A program made the translations under genes and the position numbers. Below the pieces are notes generated by a model. The model ran no database searches and was not told where the DNA came from. It was given only the letters and a program-made list of their open reading frames with translations. Positions 1 through 9,139 of a DNA stretch of 64,000 bases are shown one piece after another; positions within the stretch are counted from its first letter, which is position 1; each line of letters opens with the position of its first letter. The DNA comes from a virus (taxonomy: Duplodnaviria > Heunggongvirae > Uroviricota > Caudoviricetes): positions 62,023 to 126,022 of IMG/VR virus record IMGVR_UViG_3300033489_000001, one strand, 5' to 3'.

Positions 1-48
1 TACCTCACTATCAAGATCAAAATCTAAATCTAAATGGGTAACTAGCTG

Positions 49-963
49 CTACACCGTAACAAAACCCTCTTCTAAACCCTCTTCTATTTTCTCAGAAATT
101 TTTTCTCTGGATGCATCAGATGACGTTCTCGTGCCTTCTGGACAGACGGGCAAATAGCTGCACAGTTTACAATTAGAGCCTGGAGCAGCGGAGAAAAGCA
201 TACCTGGATTGGTCTTGTCCGGAATACTGACTAATTCCTTTTGAGCTAGTTCAATTTCTTCAATGGCTTCCAATACAGCTAGCTTAAGACTCTCCAATTC
301 ATCACGAGTTACACCGCTCCAATCCATACTTTCTTCCGGTTCGTACCTCCAATACAAGAAACCAACCTGATCAGGAATCACCCCATTTTTTAACCAGTAC
401 AACATAGCGTACCAACGCAATTGCCGATCATTTGTGTATTTATCTCGCCAACGAGAACCTTTCCCATCAATGATCACCAAATCATTGTGAGGTTGTACAC
501 GCTTTATAATGAAATCCGCCCGACCTCCAATCTTATGCCCATCTATATCTACATCCAACACAACTTCAGCATCAGCCTCTACACCCAAAAGGCGATGATA
601 CTTAATGCTCTGAAGACCTCTAGGTATAGTCTCACTTACCTCTTTTTCCACTTCGTCAATAGAACGAGTTCCCGGTTTCAAGCCTAACTCACCCCAATCA
701 AAAATTCCACCTTTTTTGGTTTCCCGTATCAGGATCCGATTCAGCGTAGGACGGACAAGACCTAATAACCCTGACAGCAGAGAACCTTTTGCTGCCCAAA
801 GTCGATCCCGGTAAAAACGCTCAAAAAGCTTGCCAACGGCCTCCCCGTAAAGCGTGTGAACGCAATTCTTTGGCTTTGGAGGAACGGTTTTCGCAATATA
901 TTGATGATAGTAAGCCCTTCGGCAATCTTGAAAGGTCTTAAAACCAGAATATGACAAGTACAT
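49..963 (-). CDS. PD-(D/E)XK nuclease superfamily protein (RecB/AddB/Cas4-like)
   Basis: GRADFII...IDGKGS catalytic pattern; one N-terminal Cys plus C-terminal CKLC..C (Fe-S staple pattern); sits in the recombination operon. Confidence 0.8.
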   Translation of the reverse strand: MYLSYSGFKTFQDCRRAYYHQYIAKTVPPKPKNCVHTLYGEAVGKLFERFYRDRLWAAKGSLLSGLLGLVRPTLNRILIRETKKGGIFDWGELGLKPGTRSIDEVEKEVSETIPRGLQSIKYHRLLGVEADAEVVLDVDIDGHKIGGRADFIIKRVQPHNDLVIIDGKGSRWRDKYTNDRQLRWYAMLYWLKNGVIPDQVGFLYWRYEPEESMDWSGVTRDELESLKLAVLEAIEEIELAQKELVSIPDKTNPGMLFSAAPGSNCKLCSYLPVCPEGTRTSSDASREKISEKIEEGLEEGFVTV

Positions 964-3116
964 TAGACCTCTTCCCTTGCTCTCTCCAAATAAGCTAGAG
1001 CTAAATCCCTAACTTCACTGGCGAAGCCTAATGATTGAATGTTTGTCTCAACTGTGGCCGTTGACGAAAACACCGCATCTTCTTGAAGACGCTCAAGAAA
1101 ATGATCAATGCTACGCTTTTCATTCTCAACCCGTTCCTTCTTTTCAAGATCAAATACGTCTTCAGACGGGGCTACAGTCAAAGACAACGTCTTTACATTA
1201 ATCCCCGAAGTATTGAACTCTAATAAAGCTACTTGTGGCACGCGATCAAGATTATCATGTGTAAGAGCCCCACGTGAAACTGCTCCCTGATTTACAAAAT
1301 ACTTTCCCCCGATATTGACTATACCTTGATCTTTATGCCAATGGCCAAAACAGTTGTGAACAAGCAAGCCCCCAGCCACATACTCCCCCGTAGAAGTGCG
1401 AAAGTTATGAACGTTCCCAGTATACCTAAATCTAGAAACCTTCTTAACCCTCGCATAATATAAATCCCTTTCAAAAAATGCTGCAACTTTGGTCTTACCT
1501 CTATCCGAAGGAGAAATTCCCATACACTTAGATAATAAATTAGCGTCATCTCCGTAGAAAGAGATAACATTAACAGGTAAACAAACAGAGGTAGAGTGCC
1601 TGTCCTTATACCTATTAAAATGAGTAACTCGTGCTGGACGAACTGTAAAATATGGGTGCAGACCTATAGACAAGGCTAAGAAAAAAATCTGAAAGGAAAG
1701 AGTTTTAGAAACAGTGGCACCCACAATTTCAGCTCTTAGTCGAGCTTTAGTTTTCACTGGTCGAACGTAGCCATCGCCCAATAACCAACCGATAAGGAAT
1801 TCAAAACGATCCATGGCTGATCTTTGCCAAATCCATGAGGATAAACTTTTCTTAGCTGCATATCTCCCCCCATGTTGTAAAAAGAATTCAGAAATTGCTT
1901 GCCCGTACCCACATACTTGAACAGAATTACTTACCTTAGAAATGTGGATATGTGTGTCGATATCAAAATACTCTTTCACAAGTGAGCTGACATCCTTATG
2001 CAGACTCGTCTCGTTAGAATTAAAACTCCACCCTACCCCAGCTATAGGCTCTTTTTGACGATTTTTTATTAGGTGCCCCTCAGCCACATAATAACCTAAA
2101 AGCCTGGCCAAACCGGGTGACGATGGTGCCCCAGAAGGAATTTTTGGAACAGGTATAGCTATATAATCACCTATTTCAATTTTACCCGCCTCTACCCAAG
2201 ATGAAGATACACTAGGCGCTTTAATGCAAACTGAACAAGGATAAGAAGTCATCACCTTATCAGGATGACACCTTCTAGTATTCCTGGAAGAAAGGCTACA
2301 ATGTAACCCTTTTGCAACCCAATAAGGATGCTCCACAGTAACCCCTGTTAAAGAGGGAACACCTTCCACTTCAACCCTAACTAAATCTGTATTCACGAAT
2401 CTAACTGGATGCACCTCTTCAACAATTGTTGAACCATCCCTACCCAACATTGAAAAATCTTTTTTAACACCTTCGATAGGAAGGGGACGGTATAAACTAT
2501 CCAAAACAGGGGTGCCAGAAGGGAAACAAAATACGTCCGGGCCATTCTCCGTAACAAGATCCCCATAACGAAACACAGGCTCCTTAAAGAAACCTTCAAC
2601 TTTAGAAGGCGGCGCTTCTGTTGCTAAAGAATGTACAACCGCTACAAGAAAATTGTCTCCCGGTTGCTTTTGAATAGCCAAGAGGTCCTCAAGAGATCTG
2701 GTTAAACTATAAGGAACCCCCACAACTCTAACCTGTAAAGCACCCTCTCGAAAAACCTCTTCTCTCAAATGCTGAAAAACCTTAGTAGCGTATAACACCC
2801 CAAGTGGTTGTTGATCAATACTATCAAGATTGTTGTAAAAAAGGTCGTGGTTACCTTCAACACAATAAACAGGACAACTGTACTCGCTATGAATCTTCGT
2901 TGTTCTGATCACTAAAGAATGGCTGTTTCTGCTCGCTGTTTTAATGTGGAAGTAATCCCCACCATCTAGGACAGCCGCAACCTTGTGCGCTTTCGCTATC
3001 TGTCCAATCTCTTCTAAACTTGACCAAATTTCAGCTAGGTAATCCCCCTTCCATGAAGCAGGATTCTTATCGGATGCATGGACGTCTGTACGATAAATGA
3101 AAGCTATCCTAGACAT
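963..3116 (-). CDS. sbcD: Mre11/SbcD-type metallophosphoesterase nuclease, interrupted by an intein
   Basis: DVH, GGDYFH, GNHD, H and GHWH phosphoesterase motifs; adjacent to a Rad50-like ATPase. Confidence 0.9.
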   Translation of the reverse strand: MSRIAFIYRTDVHASDKNPASWKGDYLAEIWSSLEEIGQIAKAHKVAAVLDGGDYFHIKTASRNSHSLVIRTTKIHSEYSCPVYCVEGNHDLFYNNLDSIDQQPLGVLYATKVFQHLREEVFREGALQVRVVGVPYSLTRSLEDLLAIQKQPGDNFLVAVVHSLATEAPPSKVEGFFKEPVFRYGDLVTENGPDVFCFPSGTPVLDSLYRPLPIEGVKKDFSMLGRDGSTIVEEVHPVRFVNTDLVRVEVEGVPSLTGVTVEHPYWVAKGLHCSLSSRNTRRCHPDKVMTSYPCSVCIKAPSVSSSWVEAGKIEIGDYIAIPVPKIPSGAPSSPGLARLLGYYVAEGHLIKNRQKEPIAGVGWSFNSNETSLHKDVSSLVKEYFDIDTHIHISKVSNSVQVCGYGQAISEFFLQHGGRYAAKKSLSSWIWQRSAMDRFEFLIGWLLGDGYVRPVKTKARLRAEIVGATVSKTLSFQIFFLALSIGLHPYFTVRPARVTHFNRYKDRHSTSVCLPVNVISFYGDDANLLSKCMGISPSDRGKTKVAAFFERDLYYARVKKVSRFRYTGNVHNFRTSTGEYVAGGLLVHNCFGHWHKDQGIVNIGGKYFVNQGAVSRGALTHDNLDRVPQVALLEFNTSGINVKTLSLTVAPSEDVFDLEKKERVENEKRSIDHFLERLQEDAVFSSTATVETNIQSLGFASEVRDLALAYLERAREEV
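1353..2528 (-). mobile_element. Intein (392 aa) with LAGLIDADG homing endonuclease in sbcD
   Basis: Starts at Cys197 (CFPSGTPVL), ends GGLLVHN followed by a Cys+1 extein (CFGHWH); LAGLIDADG-like motifs LLGYYVAEGH and IGWLLGDGYV. Confidence 0.92.
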
Positions 3117-4332
3117 TTAAACACTGATGAGCATTTACAAAAGGCCGATTGCAACCAGAACATACACCTAAAGCTTTAAATTCGTTCAATACGGAAACCT
3201 CTTCCTGTTTAGCCCCCTCCAAATCCTTTTTAAATTTAGCTATTAATAGGGCTATTTCATTCATTTGAGAAAACCAAGAACTAAATTGAAAATAGTTCTC
3301 TCCAGTCTTCTCTAAAGAAGTTATTACGGGGAACGAAACTGAATCAAATTTCCTGAGCCGCCCAAAGAAACCTCGTAATGAATCCATCTTAGATTCCCAC
3401 ACAACAAGTTTTGCATAGGTTGCACTGGAAGAAAGAAAGAAATCAATACTTGGTAGCGTAACAGAATCCACACCATCTAACGATGAAACGGATGCCATCC
3501 TATCTGCCAAGCTGGCAATAAACTCTTTTAATCGCTCAAACTTAGATCCATCAGTTATTAAAAATTCAACATCTGGAAGCTCAATCAAATTAATTTTTTC
3601 TAAGCTTTTTATTCGACTAACCACAATGAGTACGGTTTCTATGAAGCGTTCTAACTGCTCCACCTTGAAACCAATTACCTCAGTCTGACCGTCAAGATCT
3701 TCGATAGTTGAAACATGATCCACAACAGCATCTAACCCCTCATAACGGGTTAAAGCTATCCGCAAATCAAGGATATCTTTTTCCCTGACTTTACGTGTTG
3801 AGCTGGCTTCTTTACGGTCTTTCTCAGCTAAGCGTGTTGCAATATTAATCTGATCTAATTTTGCCACATCTGACAAAATATCGGCTGCTATAGTCCCCGA
3901 TTCATCCAGAATAAATATGGGATTAAACTGATCGGATACTTGAATAATTTCTTTTTCGTCCCCTAATTTAATAGGGGCGAAATCCTGCATGAGAAATTCT
4001 GGTGTTCCTTTTCCAACCACGGTATAGGTGGTATCGTTATAAACATACCGATTAACAGTGTCTCCTTTCTCCCAAAGAAGATCTAGGCCGTCCGTCACTA
4101 TATGAACAGAACAAAAACATTTACAAGATTTAGCGCCTTTATTGCGTGGGCAGTTAAAACTATGCCTCACATAAATATCGGCAGGAGCCCCGGTTAGTGC
4201 AGCCTTAATAGCCCGCACCACGGAACTCTTGCCAATATTGCTTTTTCCAGCCAAAACCGAAAAGCCATCTACTTCGATAACCGTATGAGCTATGGCCTGA
4301 AAGTTCCTAATCTCAATTTGCACCACGCTCAA
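3109..4332 (-). CDS. Rad50/SbcC-like ATPase, N-terminal half only
   Basis: N-terminal IEIRNFQ, Walker A GKSNIGKSS, Q-loop, coiled coil, terminal CSGC hook; no signature or Walker B motif seen. Confidence 0.8.
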   Translation of the reverse strand: MSVVQIEIRNFQAIAHTVIEVDGFSVLAGKSNIGKSSVVRAIKAALTGAPADIYVRHSFNCPRNKGAKSCKCFCSVHIVTDGLDLLWEKGDTVNRYVYNDTTYTVVGKGTPEFLMQDFAPIKLGDEKEIIQVSDQFNPIFILDESGTIAADILSDVAKLDQINIATRLAEKDRKEASSTRKVREKDILDLRIALTRYEGLDAVVDHVSTIEDLDGQTEVIGFKVEQLERFIETVLIVVSRIKSLEKINLIELPDVEFLITDGSKFERLKEFIASLADRMASVSSLDGVDSVTLPSIDFFLSSSATYAKLVVWESKMDSLRGFFGRLRKFDSVSFPVITSLEKTGENYFQFSSWFSQMNEIALLIAKFKKDLEGAKQEEVSVLNEFKALGVCSGCNRPFVNAHQCLNV

Positions 4333-5699
4333 GCATCTCCACCCTCAGAGGGGACGCCTTCCGACTCATCAACTTCAGCCAGGACTTCTTCAACCTCTTT
4401 TTCAACGTTAGCTGCAACATCTGCATCCAAGCTATCATTCTCAAGATCAAAACCTTCTAACAATTCGTCGTCTTCCCCTAATTCCTCAGCGCCGGTTATA
4501 GCCGTAGAGTTCACTGCCTGAGCCAATTTTAGCTTTAAAGCCTCATAGACCTTAACATTTGTAATCAGGAACTGACGGAATTTATCCTTGCCTTGAAAAC
4601 GGTTCTCCCCCAAACCATAATAAGCGCCTTCCTTTTTGATAAGCTTCTGCGTAATCCCTGATTCGATGATCGAAAGGTAATCATCGATTCCCACGCCATA
4701 ACGAATAAAAATTTGGGTTGAATGCCCTTGCTTATCATTGATCTTAGTTTTGACAATCTTTACGTCGGTTACGTTACCATAAGGATATCTACGCTTTTTT
4801 CCTGATATAGGATCCTTACGCTCTATAAATTCAGACTTATAACGAGACACACGTAGTCGCAGATAAGCATAGAATTTAAGTGCCTTTCCTCCAGTTGTGT
4901 TCTCATTTTCGCCATGTCCACCCCCACCTCCCATGGAGATTAGGGCTCTAGTTTGATTAACAAAAATCAAAGCTGTGCCAGGATGGTTAGGATCTTTGAC
5001 TTCTTTGTTCGTTGGAAGTTTAGGATATTTCTGTAACCAGATAACGAATTTTGGTAATGCTCTAGAAAACGGAGCAGCGAGGGCACCAATTTTAGCCTCC
5101 TCATCAAATCCTTTTTCTAGTTCCTTTTTTGGAACCATCGCTGCTATTGAGTCCACTCCAATAACATCCACTCCAGCAGCGATTCCAACAAACAGCATCT
5201 TGAAGCCTTCCTCCATAGTGTCCGGTTGGTAAACTAGGAGTTTCTTATCATCATAAGACAAACCAAGAGCTTTGGCATAGTTGTGGTCTAAACTATGCTC
5301 AAAATCGATAAACATAGCCGTACCACCGGCTTTTTGTGCTTCCACCATTGCATGGATTAACAACGTGGTTTTTCCGCTAGACTCAGGACCATACAACTCC
5401 GTGATCCTACGCCTAGGATACCCTGGACAAACTTGTCCCTTCCCATCTTTAATTTGACTACCTCCAATCATACTATCTATAGGGAAAGATCCTGAATGGA
5501 CGTGCCCTAACGTAGCCACTACTGGTTGTAATGGTTTCTGATTGGTTGCCTTAAGAATCGTGGCCTTGGCTTTAGCCAACGCTATTGCACTGATATTAGT
5601 AGTAGGAATAATCTTCTTCTTCTCCACTTTTTCTACCACTACCTCTTCTGCCTCTTCTGCCTTTTTTGTCTCTTTTTCTGAACCCTTTTTTTCAACCAT
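4329..5699 (-). CDS. recA: RecA recombinase
   Basis: ELYGPESSGKTT, FIDFEHSLD, DSIAAMVPK, FVNQTR, TTGGKALKFYA motifs. Confidence 0.97.
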   Translation of the reverse strand: MVEKKGSEKETKKAEEAEEVVVEKVEKKKIIPTTNISAIALAKAKATILKATNQKPLQPVVATLGHVHSGSFPIDSMIGGSQIKDGKGQVCPGYPRRRITELYGPESSGKTTLLIHAMVEAQKAGGTAMFIDFEHSLDHNYAKALGLSYDDKKLLVYQPDTMEEGFKMLFVGIAAGVDVIGVDSIAAMVPKKELEKGFDEEAKIGALAAPFSRALPKFVIWLQKYPKLPTNKEVKDPNHPGTALIFVNQTRALISMGGGGGHGENENTTGGKALKFYAYLRLRVSRYKSEFIERKDPISGKKRRYPYGNVTDVKIVKTKINDKQGHSTQIFIRYGVGIDDYLSIIESGITQKLIKKEGAYYGLGENRFQGKDKFRQFLITNVKVYEALKLKLAQAVNSTAITGAEELGEDDELLEGFDLENDSLDADVAANVEKEVEEVLAEVDESEGVPSEGGDA

Positions 5700-5741
5700 A
5701 AAGCCCCTTTATCAACATTAGCTTTAGAAAGTCATAAACAT

Positions 5742-6386
5742 TTAGCTAGGAAGCAAGGAGAACCGAAAATACCGTTGGTTTTCTTTAAATATAGCCCCCG
5801 TCTTTATTGTTTGCCCTTCTCGTTTACCCCGTGTAAAAGTGTGTATCCTCGTAAAAGCCCTAATTTCAGAAGGAGTCAAATCCTCTTCGGAAAGCTCACC
5901 CTTCACTAACATCCAAAACCGAGCTGTGAACCTAGAGATATGGTAGGCATCCGCTTCATCAGAATTCCACTTAGAAATTTCTGTGTCTGCTTTAGCTGCA
6001 TCAATCATATCCGATTTAAACATCTTACCTTTACGAAGCTTAGGGTCTTCTTTCACTAACATCTTTACAGTCAATGGATCAAAATACACCACATCTTTGC
6101 GGCGACTCCAAATAGCCTCGTTGACTACCAAAAATAAAGCATAAAGCCCCTCACTCCATAACTCACCAAACGGAGGGGATTCCACTCCGACCGCTTCAAT
6201 CAACAAATATTGATCTAATAAATCCTGTAACTTCTGCCGCAATAAGACATATCTTTCCACCCAAATAGTTTTAGGCGATGTTGACCATCTACCCCGAGCA
6301 AAGACCCGATCTTTACCAATGACCGATGAATTATGAATGCACCAGCCGAAGCCCGAAAGAGAAGGATCCAGCCCAAGCGAAATCAC
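5742..6386 (-). CDS. ruvC: RuvC-like Holliday junction resolvase
   Basis: LGLDPSLSGFGW, VGVESP and DEADAY acidic catalytic motifs. Confidence 0.8.
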   Translation of the reverse strand: MISLGLDPSLSGFGWCIHNSSVIGKDRVFARGRWSTSPKTIWVERYVLLRQKLQDLLDQYLLIEAVGVESPPFGELWSEGLYALFLVVNEAIWSRRKDVVYFDPLTVKMLVKEDPKLRKGKMFKSDMIDAAKADTEISKWNSDEADAYHISRFTARFWMLVKGELSEEDLTPSEIRAFTRIHTFTRGKREGQTIKTGAIFKENQRYFRFSLLPS

Positions 6387-6430
6387 TTAGGTACCTGAGC
6401 CTTGAGGAGGCCAATCGTGCATGAATGATT

Positions 6431-6463
6431 AAGATAGCGAGGGCTTTTAACCCCCGCTATCTT
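6431..6463. terminator. Intergenic hairpin (terminator or processing stem)
   Basis: AAGATAGCG-AGGG...CCCC-CGCTATCTT inverted repeat between the putative ssb and ruvC. Confidence 0.5.
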
Positions 6464-6476
6464 CTTTCACAATCGA

Positions 6477-7364
6477 TCAGACCTGTTCTAACATATCCGT
6501 ATAGTTGTCGGAAGAAACGTCCTGTACGGCAGAACCACCAAGCCCTAGTTTTTCCTTGAGCTGGCTGGTTGTTACCTCACGGAACGGGGACAACTTATCA
6601 TACATATTAATAGCCGTTAGTAATACCAGTTCCTTAAATGTCGGATTTTTCTGCCAAATCACTGGCCCGGCAGACCCCATAGAAATATTTTGGTATTTCT
6701 CATCTTTTACGCATTCTAACTTAACATCTTGCCCGGCTAATGTTAGGTTGTTCTCACGAAGTCCGTCATTGAGCTTCCAGATAGCTTCATAGGTATTAGA
6801 ACCAAAACGCCAGGGGATTATCTTTAACTTCTTCTCTCGAACCTGACTAGTAAGTTCTTCTTTATTGACCGCGCCCTCAGAATTTGTAGGATAAATGAGA
6901 AAAAGCGTGCTGAAATACGCCTTGGGATCCGGTAAACGCTTCCAGATAGCATCAGCTTCTGGCCCGTCTTTTCCTAGCCGAGATAAAATATACCCCAAAC
7001 CATCTTGATAATGAGCCCGCATTGACTTGAAGTGAGCAGTGGAAATATCCAATTTTTCAATTGGGGTCAATTGATCTATGCTCTTTTTTAGTTCTTCCGC
7101 TCGCTTTCCAAGCGCCTTTTTTGCAACTTCCACTTTCTCTTCACGGGTTAGATTTTTGCCACTCCTACGAGCAACTTTATTCGCCGCCATAACAGCGTTT
7201 ACATCATGAGTATGAAAGTAAATAAAAGCCCCTCTAATAATCTGGCCTTTTCTCACTTTTAACCATTCTTGCTTGACCCCTCCAGCATTCTTTTCATCAA
7301 CGTCAAGCGAGACCTCATCATCAAAACTATACTCATCGCCTAGATTATCAAATTCATCAGCCAT
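6477..7364 (-). CDS. Putative single-stranded DNA-binding protein
   Basis: Probable start MADEF at 7364 after AAGGA; acidic termini; located in the recombination operon; function inferred from context only. Confidence 0.45.
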   Translation of the reverse strand: MADEFDNLGDEYSFDDEVSLDVDEKNAGGVKQEWLKVRKGQIIRGAFIYFHTHDVNAVMAANKVARRSGKNLTREEKVEVAKKALGKRAEELKKSIDQLTPIEKLDISTAHFKSMRAHYQDGLGYILSRLGKDGPEADAIWKRLPDPKAYFSTLFLIYPTNSEGAVNKEELTSQVREKKLKIIPWRFGSNTYEAIWKLNDGLRENNLTLAGQDVKLECVKDEKYQNISMGSAGPVIWQKNPTFKELVLLTAINMYDKLSPFREVTTSQLKEKLGLGGSAVQDVSSDNYTDMLEQV

Positions 7365-7539
7365 CGGACTATCCTTTTTTTGGGGTCGCTCCAATAACAA
7401 GACCAATTAGGGTGGGTATTGGAAAGCGACAGTTAGTAAGTTGACAAGCCCGATTACTTTGCCAAGAGGAATTTTATAAAGCCTAGGGCTTAGGTTTTCG
7501 GGCCTGTCAAAGTCTCGCTACACCAAAAAAACAAAAGAT

Positions 7540-8349
7540 TCACAAATTTTCTAAAAAAGATAAAGCGTCTTCAACCCCTTCTTCGTCTTTATTAATACTA
7601 GACCCTTTAGTAGTAGAGGCTGAATCAGGCACCACTATCGATTGTACTGGCAAAGATTCTTCTGGGGATGCGAGAAACTCCAGCACATCGCTTTCTTCCA
7701 CCTTTACCGAAGATGCTTTATTCCCTTTTTCTTGAACAACTTCAACAACTTTATCCTCTTTAGGAGAAGCCCCCTCTCCATCAGGAGGAATATCAGATAA
7801 CATATTCGCTAATGCTTCCTCGCTAAAATCATCATCTAACCCCATACCTTCAGCCGATTTAGGTGTACGTTCATCACCATAAAAAGCTCCAGTAGCTACT
7901 TCAGTCTGCATAAGACGCCGCTGATCTTTAATCGCAGTCATTGTCGCATGTAACTCACGATTACGATGAGACACAACTTTATATACAGAATCTAAGGCGT
8001 GCATTTGATCTTTGAGTTTATTTATTTCGGTTTGTTGCCCCCGAAGAGCATAACCTACCGCAGCTTTACGATCATCCACGCTAGCAAGATTCTTAACACA
8101 GACATCATTTGCAAGCTTGTCATCATAGTCTAATGCGTATAACGCTTCTAACTTCCGTAACTCACTGCTAACGTCCAATCTTTCACGGTTTATCTCAGAA
8201 ATTATCAGGCTTACTTTATTGAGATAATTACGACAAACAGAGATAATATTTTGAAAGTACTGTGGCCCTAAAGCTCCAGGCTCACTGGCCAACTCCAAAA
8301 CATAACTATCCGTCTCTTTGAAAATTTCATCTACACGTTCAGGAGTCAT
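7540..8349 (-). CDS. Coiled-coil protein, possibly a UvsY-like recombination mediator
   Basis: Helical N-terminal ~150 aa, acidic low-complexity tail; context. Confidence 0.35.
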   Translation of the reverse strand: MTPERVDEIFKETDSYVLELASEPGALGPQYFQNIISVCRNYLNKVSLIISEINRERLDVSSELRKLEALYALDYDDKLANDVCVKNLASVDDRKAAVGYALRGQQTEINKLKDQMHALDSVYKVVSHRNRELHATMTAIKDQRRLMQTEVATGAFYGDERTPKSAEGMGLDDDFSEEALANMLSDIPPDGEGASPKEDKVVEVVQEKGNKASSVKVEESDVLEFLASPEESLPVQSIVVPDSASTTKGSSINKDEEGVEDALSFLENL

Positions 8350-8373
8350 GGTTACCTTTACACCGCTCCTTGG

Positions 8374-9024
8374 TCACTTGCTCAAAGCCTCATAAAATTG
8401 TGCCATATAAGGCAAACCACGGAGCCATGCACAAATCCCTTCCGGCCCTGACCATTCTGGCAACCGATGATCCCCCCGCCAGCGAAGCATCCCTAAACCA
8501 GTCTCGTAATTCATAGAAAAAGTGGCTTTTTGTAGAAAACCTTCAGGCAAAAGCTTTTTCATTCTTCGAACAAGCTCGTAATCTTTTGTTTCTGCATAAC
8601 GTCTCGAAAGATTATTTAATACATCAAGAACCGCAGGAAGCACATCCCCGTCTTGAAAGTCATCGGGGGTTATTTGAGATCCCCCGAGCTTATGCATGGT
8701 GGAACAACTATTTCTGACCGTTGCTACCTTGTAGGTGTCCAGCTCTTGCCATATATATCTCGGTATGGTGATATCAGTAACGATCATTATCTGACGTAAA
8801 AACTTTCGATGCACAGATCCAGCTTTTATCAACTTGCAGCAAAGCTCTAAATCTTTGGGACCTATCTTCACATTCTCTATGGAGTGAAGATCAAAGCTAT
8901 CATTGTCTACCACGTACCTAACGAACTCAAAGGTGCTATCACTCTTGTTCCAAGAGTTCATAGGATTTCTCATCCCACGCAAAGCTGCTTTGAAGCCGTA
9001 TACTTCAGTTTTTTCGATTTTCAT
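8374..9024 (-). CDS. ThyX-like (flavin-dependent thymidylate synthase-related) protein
   Basis: HRKFLRQI, RYIWQELDTYK and STMH segments; canonical RHRxxS motif not seen; probable start MKIEK at 9024. Confidence 0.55.
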   Translation of the reverse strand: MKIEKTEVYGFKAALRGMRNPMNSWNKSDSTFEFVRYVVDNDSFDLHSIENVKIGPKDLELCCKLIKAGSVHRKFLRQIMIVTDITIPRYIWQELDTYKVATVRNSCSTMHKLGGSQITPDDFQDGDVLPAVLDVLNNLSRRYAETKDYELVRRMKKLLPEGFLQKATFSMNYETGLGMLRWRGDHRLPEWSGPEGICAWLRGLPYMAQFYEALSK

Positions 9025-9139
9025 AAGTCTCCTCCGTAGAGATTTCCCTGCACTACACCACAAGCGCTCTGCCCCCACGCTTTTAGCTCTATGGGAAGAA
9101 ACTTTATTTCTGCTTTACTTTTCCCGAATCAGGCTAGTG

